Assembly (NCBI GenBank): GCA_050872785.1
Contig: JBNMHO010000002.1
Span: forward strand, 72,165-136,164
Length of the DNA: 64,000 bases
Direction: 5' to 3'
From: Clostridia bacterium
GTDB lineage: Bacteria; Bacillota; Clostridia; Christensenellales; UBA1242
Each line of letters opens with the position of its first letter. The stretch's first letter is position 1. Shown here piece by piece: positions 25,301-40,300 of this stretch. Below the pieces are notes generated by a model that was given only the letters and a program-made list of their open reading frames with translations, had not been told where the DNA came from and did no database searches. The position numbers and the translations under genes were made by a program.

Positions 25301-28300
25301 GTGCTTAAGGGAACGCTTGAAATTTATGGTGGAAATGTTGGCAAAAATATTTGCTCAGAACTTGGACAAAATATTTATGTTTCACTTGGTGGCAAACTTT
25401 CAGTTTATGGCGGAACAATAGGCTCTACTGACACAAGTGGGTCGGAAATTGTTATTGAAGGGAATTCACTTGAAGACCTTAGTGGCAAAATGGAACTTGC
25501 TGGTGGCGGTGACATTTATGACACAGTAAGACTCAAGGGCGGAGCGAAAATTAATGTTAAATCTGACATAACTTCAAGCAAAGTTATATCTGTTGCCATT
25601 GAAAATTATCCAGCGGGAACGGACGAAGTTATTATTGCAACATTTGACGATAATCTTGATTCTGACGCAACAAAATTTGAAGTTGAAAGCAGTCAAAGGG
25701 ACAACTATAGAACAAGAACAAGCGGACAAGATGTTGTTATAACTCGTGCAATGTTCTCACTTATCATTGACCCAGACGGCGGAGTGCTTTCAAGTGACAT
25801 AGCGGGCATTAGACAATATGGCACAAGATATGTTGCAGATGTTATGTTTGGAACAAACTTGTCCTCTCTTCTTGCAAACACCAAGGCAGCAAGGGACAGA
25901 CGAGAATTTGCATATTGGGGTATTGTGAATGGCGAAACTGTAACACAACTTGCTCTTGACACAACAATGCCATATGGCGACTTGCAAATTAAGGCAGTTT
26001 ACACTCAAATATTGTTCGTTTTGACACTTGACTTCAATGACATGGGCGGACTTAGCAAAACAAAAGCAGAATTTAATGTTCAAAATTTGCAAAATGAAAA
26101 CTTCCGAAACTTCAAAATTGATAACGGAAGTGTTAGTGTTGAAGTGTTTGTGACGGGCGAAGGTTCAAACGCAAAACAAACATTGGCAGCCCTAGCTAGC
26201 AGACTTAGCAGATTTGGCTACATGCTTTCTGGCTTTGATTTGACCGCTGGAAATTCTTTCGGAATAAATCTTGACGCAAGCAATTTTGAAATGTCCGCAG
26301 AAGACACAACTGTTTATGCAATATGGACTGCAAATAGTTATGAAGTTACATTCCATAGCAACCCTTATGAGGGCGAAGAAGAAACAAAGACAATTTCTGT
26401 CAATTATGATGAAAACTTTACTCTTCTTGGCATTGATGACATTGCTCTTGACGGCTATATTCTATCTGGCTGGGCAATTTCTCGTGACGGAAATGGCAAA
26501 ACATACAAACTTGGCGAAAACCTTTTGATGAACAAGGATATGACACAGTCACTCAACTTCTATGCTATCTGGAGTGCAAAACAATATACAGTTGTATATG
26601 AAAGTGAACTTACTGAAGCAACGGGAAATGTTGAAGACACAGTTATGACCTATGGGGAAGAGGGCGAACTTTCATCAAGCAAATTCACAGCCCTTGGATA
26701 CACTCAGATTGGGTGGAAGACGGCTGACGGCACTGAATATTTGTTTGCAAACAGTTTGACTGTTAAGAATTTGACAACAGAAGATAAAGTTTCAGTTTAT
26801 GCAGTGTGGCAAGGCAATGAATACATAGTTGCATTGCATGTTGCAAATGACGAAACCTCAAGAACAAAAGAAATTAAAGCAACTTATGGCGACAGCACAA
26901 AAAATCTTCCAGACATAAGTGAAATTGTTGACACGTATTCAAGACTAACAATGTATTTTGTTGGTTGGACAACTGTTCCAAATGGAAAGACGGAAGATGT
27001 GGAATATTCAAATTGTCAAGTTATCTATAACTTCACAACTGAAGATAGAATTGAACTTTACCCAGTGTTCGTGAAATATTCATTGAACATACTTTCAAAC
27101 AATGGCGAAGATAAAGTTTTGGCATTTGAACCAGATAATCAAGGCGTGATTACAGTTAGCAAGCAAGACTTAATTTCATTCGCACTTGTGGGGCATGAAA
27201 TTGGCTTCTTAAGCAGAACAAAAGAAGTTTCACTGGGTGCAAGCAATATTAACTTTGACGAACAAGGATATATCACAATTTCAACAAGCGTGTTTACAAA
27301 ACCAGTCTTTGAATTGTTTGTTGCGTGGAAGTCACTTCCATATGTCTTGCAATTTGAAGTTGAAGGCGGAAATGGAGAATATCCAACAAGCACAATTTAC
27401 GTTTCTCCAACTGGAACAAACACATATGCTGAGGGTGCAACATCTTGCGTTTTGCCACAAGATATGGAAACTCCTGAAATTTTGCATGGCTGGTCAATGT
27501 TGCCAGATGCAAGTGTTGTAAACTTTGAACTTGGCGCTTCACTTGCTCTAACTCAAGACTTTGTTGCAGAATTTGCAAAATATCAAGACATTTCTCTTGG
27601 AATTTTGAAACTCTATGGCGTTAGAGAAACAGAGTATAGTATTGTCTATAATCTTAACACCACAAGAACGATTATCGGGGCAAGCGCAACAGATATTGTC
27701 GGCGAAAATCAAAATGAAACAGCAAAATTTGAAATTGGAACAGAGAGCAATATTCTCTTTGCAGACATCAACGGAAATGTTTGGGAAATTGCAGATACTA
27801 GGGACGAAAACGACCAGTATTTTGCATACTTTGCAGGCTGGGCATATTCACCAAGTGCAACCACTCCAGACATCAGACAGTCTTACGAAAATCCAAACGA
27901 AGCAACAACAAAATTTGCGGGAACTGTCACACTTTATGCAGTGTGGGAAGAATATTCAAACCCATTTATCTTCACTTATCTAGACTCCAAGATAGTTGGA
28001 CTTAGTGAAGAAGGGCAAACTCTTGAAAATGCAAATATCATTCTTCCAGAACACAAACTTTACAAAGTGGGAACATCAGTCGTTGTTGGCGAAACAATAA
28101 CTGGAATTTCAGGCCTTTTGACCGCTGGACAAATTCAATCTTTGAACTTCAAGTTTGTAACAGACGGCTTTGAAATCGAGCCATTTGCTTTTGAAAACAC
28201 AAATAATCTTTTGGGACTTAACAACTTAAAGCAAAATCAAGTGTTTGGCTTTGGTGCTTTTGTAAATGAAACATTGAAAGATATAACATTTGAAGAAAGT

Positions 28301-31300
28301 GATAACATAGCAATGTTTGTAGCAAGCGACGGGAATATTTATTCAACTGACGGAACAAGTGCAAGTTTGTTTGCAGTCTTAATTTCAAACATGGGCGGGG
28401 AGGCAAATTATGCAGTTGCTCAAAGTGCAAATTACAACGGAACAAACTACAACATAAATTCCGTTCTTCCATTTGCATTTGCAAAAACAACTTTTGAAAC
28501 AATCTCCATTCCTCAAACAATTTCTTCATTAAAGGAAGGCTCACTATCTTATATAGAAAATCTTTCTTCCATTATTGTTCCATTTGTTGGCGGCGGCAGT
28601 GCCGAAGACGGAGCGGCGAGAGCGTCAAGTTTGAAATATCTGTTTGTAGATAGATACGGCGAAGTAGTTATTCCAGCGGGACTTGTTCAAGTTAACATTC
28701 AAAATGACAAACTCGACAATTTTGGTGATTATGCATTTGAAGGCTTTGCAAAACTTGAAAGAATTTTCTTTGGAGCAAACATTAAAACATTTGGGGCATA
28801 TGCGTTTAGTGATTGTGCAAATTTGATTGAACTCGGAACAAGTGGCTTGTTTGACATTTCAAACATAACAAACATTGGCTCATACGCTTTCCAAAATTGT
28901 GTAAATATTCCAAAGAGTATTGACCTAAGCAATGTTCAAACATTTGGCGAAAGAGTGTTTGACGGCTCAGGACTTCAGAGTGTTGTTCTTTCTGGCACAA
29001 CAGAAAACTTTGGCGAAAATAAAACATTTGAGGAATTGACAACACTTGTTGAAGCAAGACTTTATTCCATTGCAGCGTTTGAAGCAGTTGTAAACGGCAC
29101 GGGCATTACTGCAAGTGACATTGAAGAAGATAGAAAAGGTGTTGTTTACACAAATATCAATTTCTATCAAAGAATTGTTAAAACTGCAGAGTGGCAAAAA
29201 TATCTTAGATATAATATTGTTGTTGACAATTTGATTGATGTTTTAAGCAGCACAAACGAACTCATAAGCTATCATTCAAGCCTTGAAGACGCAGTGGCAA
29301 ACGCTCAAAATGGAAACAAAATTGTTGTTAAGAGTGACATAAATCTTAAATCGACAATTACAATCGACAAGCAAATCTCAATTTATGCTGGATATGAAAA
29401 ACTTGACAGCGAAGACAGAGGCGGAATTACATTCACAAGAAAATCTGACGAAACTGCATTTATTGTTGAAAGCAATGGTAACGTTACATTCGGCGGCAAC
29501 TTCGTTGAGGGAGATGACGCAACATATGTCAATGCAGAACTTGACATCGTGGGCAGCAAACGTGAATCTGCAGACAGCCTTATAAAAGTAAACGGAGGTG
29601 TTGTTGGCTTTAATCTTGGACTTAAAATATATGATCACATTTCACAAAATGGCTCAGTTGTCTATGCAACAGGTGGCACAATTTCCGTCACTGGCAGCGA
29701 GATATATAACAACTATGCCGTGACAAGTGGCGGCGTATTCTACATTTCAAGTCAAGCAACTTTGAATATATTCAGAGCAAATATTCACGACAACGGAATG
29801 TTTGACGGCGAAGTTATGACAAAAAGCGGCGGCGTTGTGTTCGCTCAAGACGGAAGCGTTGTTAATATTTCCGACAAGGAAACTCAAATAGTAAACAACG
29901 GCGCACAAAACGGCGGGGCAATTTACATTGATTGTGAAGACGTGACAAGCACAATTTCTGCTGGACTATTCAGCGGCAACATGGCAACAATGTCAGGCGG
30001 TGTGGTGCTTTTGAATGCGGGCAAACTTGACATCACTGGCGAAGTGGAATTCTATGGCAACTCGGCAAAGAATATGGGCGGAGCAATCGCAGTTGTTGGC
30101 GGGACTCTTTGTGTTAATAAAGGTGTTAAAATTGGCTCAAGTGAAGCAAATATGGGCAACTCGGCCGCAATAGGTGGCGGTGTCGCAATAAACGGTGGCG
30201 GACTTGTGGCGGATAATGTTACAATTTCTTCAAACAATGCAACAACTGGTGGAAACGTTTACATTAGTTCTGATAAGACTTCAAGTATCACTTCTTCTGA
30301 AATTATCCTTGGTAACAATGGCGGAAGCATTGACTTTGGAACTGATGTCTTGGGCGGCGGCATATTTGTTGACGGAGCAAAAGTTAATATCAAAAATTCT
30401 TCCATAAAAGAAAACAAGGCCTTTGCTGGCGGTGCAATTTATATTACAGAAAACAACGGACTTGCAAGCGAAGTAACTTTGACTTCTGGCGAACTTCTAA
30501 ACAACGAAGCAGATATGGGCGGGGCAATATTCGTGAAGAATGGCAAGGTTGTCGCAACAAGTGTGGATATTGCAGAAAACAATGCTAAAGACGGTGCAGC
30601 AATTTATGTTTCAAATGGCGAAGTCACTTTGAAAGCTGGCAAGATTTCAAACAACACAGCAACTGAAAACGGCGGCGGACTAAGCATAAACGGCGGAACT
30701 GTAAACATAATAGAAAGCACGATTTTGTCAGACAACAGAGCAACTGAAAATGGCGGAAATATTTACTATTCTGACGGCAGCCTTGTGATAAATGTTGCAA
30801 CCATTGAAAAAGGAACTGCCAACTTTGGCGGCGGGCTGTATCTTGAAAGAAATGCTTTGGGCGTAGAAAAAGAAGCAGATGTTAAGATTTTGTCGGCAAA
30901 ATTCACAGAAAATGTTGCTAACTCTGGCGGGGCAATTTATACAAACCTCGTTTTAAGCATTGACAAAGCAGAACTTTCTGGCAACACAGCAAGCGAATTT
31001 GGCGGAGCAATTTATGTGGGTGACAGAGCAAGAGTCGTGCTTGACGAAGTGTCATCTTCTGAAAATATTAGCAATGCAGAAAATGCAGAAAAGTTTGCAA
31101 ACATTTACATTTCAAAAGATGCCTCAGAACATGCTCTTTCAATTTCAAACAACACTGTCCTTGGCGAGGCAGAGAAAAGCAACGGAGTTTATCTTCCAAA
31201 AGGCAAGATAATTGATGTTGTGGCATTAACTCTTGGCAGTGAAGGCGAAACTTCTATGAGAAAAAATAGAATAAGACTTCACTTAGAGAGAAGTCCACTT

Positions 31301-34300
31301 GACAAGTCAGAATGGCAAGATGATAAGGGAATTTATGTTGCTTTGTATGCCGATACAAAATATGCAACAACTGGCGTAAGCAAATTTGTAAGCGAGGGCG
31401 TGTGCTTTACACGAATGGGGGCAAAAATCTATGCAACTATTGCAACAGTTGTTGACGTGACAGACAGGGGAAAACCTATAAATTATGCAAGTTTGAAAGA
31501 TGCAACAGAGCAATCTACGACAGAAGGAAGAAACTATATCTTTGAAATATTCCATGACCAAAAAATTGACGGAAACAACTTTGTCCAAGTCGGAAACAAA
31601 CAAAACATAACAATCACTCGTCAAAAAGACGCAGACGCAAAAATCTATCGTGACGCAAATTACACAGGTGTTATGTTTGAGATTTTGGGTAAACTTTCTC
31701 TTAACTTTGACAAAGATAATTCTGAATTTAGTGGCAGCGTGCTTCAACCTCTTGACATCTTTGGCAGTGACGAAAGTGGCGAAAATTCACAATCAGTTGA
31801 AGCGACAAGTGCAATGTTTAGAGTTGTTAGCAGCGGAACACTCAATATTTATGAAGCAGTTACAATTCAAAATGGCAGCAACCTTTTGGGCTATGGCGGA
31901 GCGGTGTCTGTTGAAAACGAATATGCAACCTTGAACATGTATAATGGCACAATAGCAAATTGCAATGCCCTATATGGTGGTGCGATTGCGGTCATCAAAG
32001 GCAATGCAAACATTTTAGGCGGAATTCTTGAAAACAACACTTCAAATCTTGGCGGTGCAATTTATTCTGCGGGAACGATTGTTGTTGGAACAGACAGCAC
32101 AACAACACTAATGGCAAATAACATTGCTCAAGGTGTGTCGGGCTTTGGTGGTGCAATATACACCGTTGACGGCTCAATGGCAACAATAAATTCTGTAACA
32201 TTCACTTCAAATATCGCATCAAAAGGCGGTGCAATTTATGCAGAAGGAACACTAAATATTTCAAACAGCAGATTTAGTCAAAATAGGGCGTCAAAAGGTG
32301 GTGCAATTTATGACACTGGACTTATGAGCATTGTTGGCGGCAACTTCTCAGAAAACGGCAGCACGGAAGAGCAAGATTGTGAGTTTGGTGGCGCAATTTA
32401 CATCGCAAGAAGCAAGTCTGATGCAGTTGCAATAGAGGGTGTAAGCTTTAACAACAACTCAGCACACTCTGGTGGCGCAATATATGTTGAAAAAGGTGAA
32501 ATTACAATAAGAAACACAAGCGAAACATCGGGCAGCATAACGGGAAACTCTGCAACATATGGTGCTGGATTATATGTGGGAGCGGGCAATGTTACAATCA
32601 TTTCCTACAACATTTCTTCCAACGTGGCAGAGGGTGACCTTGTGTCAAACGGTGGCGGCGTGTATATTGCGGGTGGCAATGTAACAATAAGCAATTCGCA
32701 AATAACAGACAACTCGGCAATGTTTGGTGGCGGCATTTACTTTGTAAGTGGCTCGCTTAGCATATATGGCGGAGCAATTTCAAATAACCACGCTGAAGCA
32801 TCCTCTGCTTTAACTCAAACTTATGGCGGCGGCATTGCTCAACTTGGCGGCTCACTTAAACTTGCGGCATACACTGAAGAAGGTGGTGCAAGTTCAAATG
32901 TCACAATTTCTGGGAACGATGCTGACTTTGGTGCTGGGCTGTATCTTGTGGCAAGGGAAGGTGGAAGTGCAGAAATTTCTAACACAGAAATATCTGGCAA
33001 CACTGCAAGAGTAACGGCTGGCGGCTTGGCTGTTAAAGGCGTGAATACAACAATAATTAACACAAAGATTTTGAAAAACACCAGCGGGAATGATGAGAGT
33101 GGCAAGGAAAGAGTAGGACAAGATGTCTGGTTTGGTGGCGAAAGTTATCTTGTTTTTGGAAGTCAAGTAACTCTTGGCGAAAACAAAGAAAAAGATAGAC
33201 CAACAATTTATGTCGCTGGCGAAAGCATTTTCAAAAATTCTTCCACACCAACAGTTTCTGATAATAAAGCATTGATTTTCAACACTGAGTTTGACTATTC
33301 AACCCTTTATCAAGAAATTTATCTGCACCACGAGAAGAATTATCTTGGAAATTACGTTGACACATTCTTCGTGGCATTAGGCTCTGATGTAATCCAAGAC
33401 ATTATAACTTTGCATGTCGATGAAGGCGTGCCTTATGAAACAAAAGTTGTGTATGTCGGGGCAACTTATGCAGAGAAAGCACTGGCTAAATTTACAATTC
33501 CAGTTGACTCAGACTACACCCTAAAACAAGGAAGCGGTGCAAGCCAAGATTATCTAGTTTTGGCACCACAATCCTATCAAGTTGTGGACGAAGAAGGGAA
33601 TATCAGATATATTACAGAAAAATTGCAAGACGCTATTGACAAGGCAAATGCCCACAAAAATTCAAAAAATGAACAGCTTATGGTTGTTATTAACGAAAAA
33701 GAAGTGGTTATTACTGAAGCAGTTCAAATAGGCGTAACTCAAAGTTCTGAAAGCGGAAGTGTAATTGATACTGTTTACATTGCAGCAAGAAAATCTACAG
33801 TCATTTCAAGAAATGGCTACGGCGGGAATGTATTTAATATCGGCAGATATGCAGATGTCAAGATTGGCACAAACTGCATGGAAGATTTTGCTGGCGTGAT
33901 AGAAGGCTTTAAAACAGCATTTGGCGGCACTATCCCTACAATAACATTCAGCGGCGACATTAAGTCAAGTGGCAATGTTGCAGGAGTTGATGCGTTTATC
34001 AGAAACTCTGGCTCACTTACACTTGGCGAAAATGTGACACTTGAAAACAATACATTGAAAGCCACTGGCACTGGTGCAGTGAATGACGGCGGTGCAGTTG
34101 TTGTTACAAACGGCGGAACACTTAACGTTCGTGGCTCGGTCTTCATAGGAAACAGTGCTACGGGCAGTGGCGGTGCAATTTATGTTGAAAATGGCTCTAT
34201 GCTCAATTTTGAGAGCGGAACCATTAAAGGAAACACAGCATTCGTTTCTGGCGGCGGCATTTTGATTGACAATTCAACAGCTACAATTTCTGGCGGAACA

Positions 34301-37300
34301 ATAACAGACAACGCAGCAAACTATCTTGGCGGCGGTGTGGCTGTTAGAAATGGCGGAACTTTAGAAATTACTGGAGATGTCGAAATTTCATACAACAAAG
34401 CCACAAACGGCGGCGGAATTGCCCTATTTGGAAAAGGCAGTATAACAACAAGCAGTTCTGCAGACGGAAAGAAAGTGCAAATAAAAGAAAATGTTGCAAT
34501 TCTTTCTGGCGGTGGTGTGTTTGCGGCAAGCAGTCCAGAAACTGTTGACGGAAAACTGAGCATTGTCGCAGAACTTAAACTTACTGGTGTCGATATTCAA
34601 GGCAACGAAGCACAAAAATTTGGCGGCGGCATAAGTCTTACTACAACAAATCAAAATACAAACGAAAGAAATGTTACATTTGACAATATTTTGAAAGACG
34701 ATAAAGGCAATAGAATCGTTGGCATTAAAGCAACTATCGGCTTATCTGAAGATAGTGGAAGTGTAACAATTTCAGGCAACAAGGCAAAATATACTGTAAA
34801 TACTAGATTAAAAAATACTGCAGCATACACATCATATGGACTTGGTGGCGGCTTGTATGCTCTTGACGCGAAAGTAGATATTCTAAACACAACAATTTCT
34901 GCAAACGAAACAAGTTTTGAACAAAACTACACCGACACAAGCGGCAACAGTCACCATGAAGAAATTGGCGGTTATGGCGGTGGTGTTTATGCAAGTTACT
35001 CAGCAATTTCTGTCAAAGATTCGATAATTTCTGCAAATATTGCAATGAAAAACGGTGGCGGCTTCTATGTGACTGAGGGTGCAGAAGTTACATTTAGTAA
35101 TTGCGACAATGCAACTCAAATTGCACAAAACAAAGCACAATATGGCGGTGGAATTTATATCCACAACCCTGGTGGCAAAGCAAAAGTTCAAATTGCAAGC
35201 ATTATAGTGGGCGGTGTGGGAAAAGAAAATATCGCTGCAAAAGGTGACGGAATTTATGTTGATGCATCTCGTGATTTTGTAGCACTTCTTATAACCACAA
35301 CAAATGGTTCAACAACATTAAGTGACAATATCGCAATTTCAGACCATGTTTATCTTGCTCCTCACACAAATGCAGAAACAGGCAATCGTGATGACGCAAT
35401 AATTTATGTTGACAAACATTGTTCATCTGGTGCAAGCATAAAGATTGCTCTTGACGAAGACCAGAAAGACCGTGGACACATCGTTGCAAAATATGATTGT
35501 TCTGACGCAGAAAAATGGGCTGACGAAAGAATGTTTGTAACTGACGACCTTGTTTCTCCATATTGCTTCATTGCAAAAGGCGAGAACATTGTTGTCGGCA
35601 TAAAGATTGTTTTGAGGGAAAATGTAAATGACGGGGCAATAAGATTCTTTGAATCACTTGAATCAGCATTTGCCTATGTCACAAGCGGCAACTGGAACTT
35701 TGTTCTTCTTGAAGACCTAGACGAAATGCCAAGCATTGACAATTTTGCAGTGGGAGAACAAATCACTGTAAACAACGGCGTCACGGCAACCCTTTGCTCG
35801 GGGAGAATAACTGGTGACGGTCACGAATGGGAGGCAATCACAGAAGAAAAAGACGGACTAAGTAGAAAAGTTGTTAAGATGTCAAAAGAACTTACATCAA
35901 GCATTTTTAAAGTGTATGGAAGTCTTACAACAACTGGCGTAATATTTGACGGAACGGGCAGCAATGCTGGAATTGCAATTTTGGGAAGTGCTGAAGAAAG
36001 CAACGGTAGCTTTGCTCTGGGAAGCAATACTTTGGTCAAAAACTTCAATAATATTGCCGTGGAAGCAAAAGCAGGCGAAGTTAAAGTCCAAGGAGCAACC
36101 ATTGAAAACAATACTGCAACTGTTATTCAGATTTCTGAGGAAGCAATTCTCACAATGACTGACAGCACAATTACAAATAATAAAATGGCTTCAGGTGACA
36201 GCGTTGTGTCTGTAGCCTCAAACAAGGAAAACAAGATTGAAAATTGTGTCTTTACAGATAACTCAGCCACAGACGGCGGAGCGGTCTTGAATAAAGGCAG
36301 TCTTACAATCTCTGGCGGCAAATTTGCAAACAACAGTGCTACAAATGGTGGCGCAGTTGCAAACGAAAATGACGGAACTTTGACAATAACAACTTCAACA
36401 AGTGGCTCAGCAGACGAAACTGCAACATCGTCAGACGCAGCAGACATTATGTTTGAAAACAACTCTGCAAAAGATAACGGCGGTGCAATTTACTCAAACA
36501 GCGGCACAGTTAAAATCTCTGGTGTAACATTCAGCGGCAACACAACAAAAGAACTTAGCAGCAACGGCGGAACGATTGCGGTAGTTAATACAACAGTCAC
36601 AATTTCAGACACAACAATTCAAAAGTCATATACTTTGGGTTCGAATGGTCTAACAAGTGCAAAAGCAAACAACGGTGGCGGCTTGTATGCAGAAGGTTCA
36701 TCTGTTACACTAAACGGCGGAAATACATTTGAGGACAACAATGCCACAAACGGCGGTGCAATGTATCTCAAGAACAGCAGTATTACTCCAAACACCTCTG
36801 AGGGTAAGGATAACCTCATCACGGGCAACGTAGCAACAAATGGTGGCGGCTTGTATATTGTGACTAATAGCACAGAAGATAAGCCAATGAACCTAAGTGG
36901 ACTTAGTATAATTTCCAACATTGCAAACGACGGAAACGGCGGCGGTGTGTATGTTGCAAGTGGAGCAATCAAACTCACTGGCGGCAGCGTAAACGGCAAC
37001 AAGGCTAAAGCAGATGTGCGAACTACTGATAAAATGAAAGATGTGTCGACTGGCTTTGGCGGTGGTGTGTATGTCGCAAGCGGTGCAACACTTATCATTG
37101 ACGCAGATTCTAGTGAAATTATCACGGGTAACACAGCACTTTATGGCGGCGGTGTTTACACTGCTGGAACAACAACCCTTACAAAAGGTGTTATCAGAGG
37201 CAATGTTGCCACAACAGCCTCAGCCAACACTGAAGGAACAACTACTTCGTTCAAAAATAGTAAGGAAGCAAGAGGTGGAGGTGTGTTTGTTAAAGGAATA

Positions 37301-40300
37301 TTGAATGTCGTTGGCGGCTCAATTTCTGGAAATATTGCAGACTGTGGCGGCGGAGTGTATCTTGACGGCACACTTGTAATGAATGATGGAAACATTAACA
37401 GCAACCAATCATATTGGGGTGCAGGACTTTATGTAAATAGCACGACAGCAACCCTCTCTGGTGGCTTAATCAGCAACAATGTGACAGTTCATGAAGTTGA
37501 AGGAGTTGCAGTGACTGGTGGTGACGGTGGCGGCGTGTATGTTGCAGAAGGAAAGACATTTACCCTTGGAAATGATAAGAATCCATCAGAAACAAGCACA
37601 ACGTCAATTTCAAACAACCAGGCTCTAAGAGGCGGTGGAGTGTTCGTTGCGGGACAAGATTCAGAATTCACTTTGCAAAACGCAACATTGTCAGAAAACA
37701 CTGCTATCCTTGGCGGCGGCGTGTATGTTGGACATAGTATCATAAAGGAAATTATAGACGGAAAAGAAGGAACGCCAAACTACTACCCAGCAAAATTTGT
37801 GATTGATGCTGGAAAAATCTCAAGCAACACGGCAAAAATACCAGAGCAAAAAGACGAAAATAAAGACAAGATTGCTGAAATTATCAAACTTGAAAAGTAT
37901 AGTGTTCCAAAAGGTGGCGGCATTTATTGCGAGGGAACGCTTGAAATGCATAGCGCAACAATAGAGAACAACACTGCTTCGCAAGAAGTAGGTGTCGGCG
38001 GGCTTGGTGGCGGATTGTATTTCGACAATGGAGAAATTCAAGCGGGTGACGACACTCAATCTGGAATAAGTGATGAGAGATTTAGTCTTACAATTGATGG
38101 CTCCTTTGGCAAAAACTCAACATTCACTGGAAACAAAGCAGCCCATGGCGGTGCTATTGAAATTCAATCTAAACAAGGCGTTAATAACATAAAAATTTCA
38201 AACACAACCTTTGACGGAAATACTGCAAGTGTCAATGGTGGTGCTGTGGATGTTCGTGGCAGTGCAATCTTCGCTAATTGCGAGTTCTACAACAACTCAG
38301 CAACAGCCGACGGCGGTGCAATGTATGTTAGAAGGCGTGAAAATACCGAAGACAATTCAGTTGAAATAAAAGACAGCTTTTTCGGTGATGAAGGCGAAGG
38401 CAATACAGCCGCAAAAGGTGGTGCAATTTATGTTTGCGGAAAAGTTATAGACGAAAAGTCTTGTGGACCAAATGTCACACTTTTACGAGTTACAATGTGT
38501 TACAACGGAATTTCCACAGAGCCAACTCGTATAGCTGCTGAATATGGCGGAGCGATGTATATTGAGAACTCAAATGTTTCATTTGTTAAAGGAAAGGAAG
38601 AGGGGGCAAGTACAATCTCTAACGCTGCAACTACAAATGGAAAGGAGAATGAAATCTCACACAACTCAGCCACAAAAGGCGGTGCAATAGCCATGAACGG
38701 TGGAACACTTAATATTTCCGCAAGCACAGCCTTCACTGCAAACAACGCAACAAACGGCGGCGCATTGTATGTCACCTCTGGTGATGTAACTCTTGCCAGT
38801 GGAATATTCGGCGGCGAGGCTTACCAGTCTATTGATGATAAGCATGATCTAAAATCTCTTATAAATGAACATAAAGAAGCATTATCCGATAGAACTAAAA
38901 CTGAGCCATATGCACCAAAAACTGACACAAGCAACACTGCAACAGACGGCGGTGCAATTTATGTGGCGGGTGGCTCGGTTACTATTGCTGAAAATGTGCA
39001 AATTGAGGGTAACCATGCAGAAAACGGCGGCGGTGTGTATATTGCGAATGGCGAACTATATATTAAAGCCGCAAAACCAACTAAAGAAGAAAACAAAAAT
39101 ATTCCTGCTAGCAACATAACGGGCAACTACGCAACAAGCGGCGGTGGTGTGTATGTTGGTGGCGGTATCCTTTCAGTAGGCTTTGACGGTGACGGAGGCT
39201 TGAACCTTGCCTCCTCAGGATATATCTTTGGCAACATCGCAACAAACGGCGGCGCAGTGTACATCTCAGGCGGCTCGGCAAACCTAATCAACGGCAGCAT
39301 AAAAAACAACTGTGCATTTAAGTTAGGTGGTGGTGTGTATATAAATGGCAGTGATGATACTATTCTTACAATGAATAATTTTGAGATATCTGAAAACTAT
39401 GCTCAAAGTGGGGGTGGTATTTGCGTGGCTGGAGCAAAAGTTACAATTAATAATGGCGGAAAAATTAGCGAAAATTCCGCACTAGATATTGGCAACATTA
39501 TTGCTTCTGATGATTTCACAAGAGGTGTTGGCGGTGGTATTTCTATCAGCGGTGGAACTATGATACTTAACGGTTCTGCAATCAACAACAATTTTGCAGA
39601 TAACATGGGCGGCGGAATATACGCATCTAGTGGAACTATTACACAATCTGAAAAAGAAGGTGCAAACACAGATACTCTTAGAATGGGTGGCAACCATGCA
39701 ACAAATTATGGTGGCGCAATTGCAATACCAAGTGGTGGTGGCCATGTTACATTAAGTAACTTTATAATTGGTGGAATTAAGTTTGACACAAAAATAAATG
39801 ATAACATTCTTTACGCCACGAGTGGTTCAGTTAATGGCAGAAGTGTTTCTGGCTTTGATGAGAATCAGATACAGAATATTAAATCTGCTCTTAGCGAAAA
39901 CAGAGTGCAATGGGCAAACTATGCAACATTTGGCGGTGCTGTGTATGTTGCAGGTGGAACATTTAATGTAGCTGCAAAGAGCAGCGGAGATACAAGCATT
40001 GTCCAAGGCTTTGGTGCAAACACTCAAATTGAGGGTAATTTAGGTCAATTTACCGTTGGTGCAGGTAACATTGCTTCGTCTGGCGGTGCATTGTTTGTGG
40101 CTGGTGGCGATGTTATTCTAAATGGCGGCAACTTTGCTTATAACTATGCAGTAGGCAAGGTGAATGATGGAAACCAAGGCAATAAGGAGCTTAAGGACTT
40201 TGTTGACAAAAATCTATACGAAGTAAAAACCGGTGAAAAGGACGAGAAAAGCATTATTGATTATTGGGGTGGCGGTGCCATTTGCCAAGTAAAAGGAACG

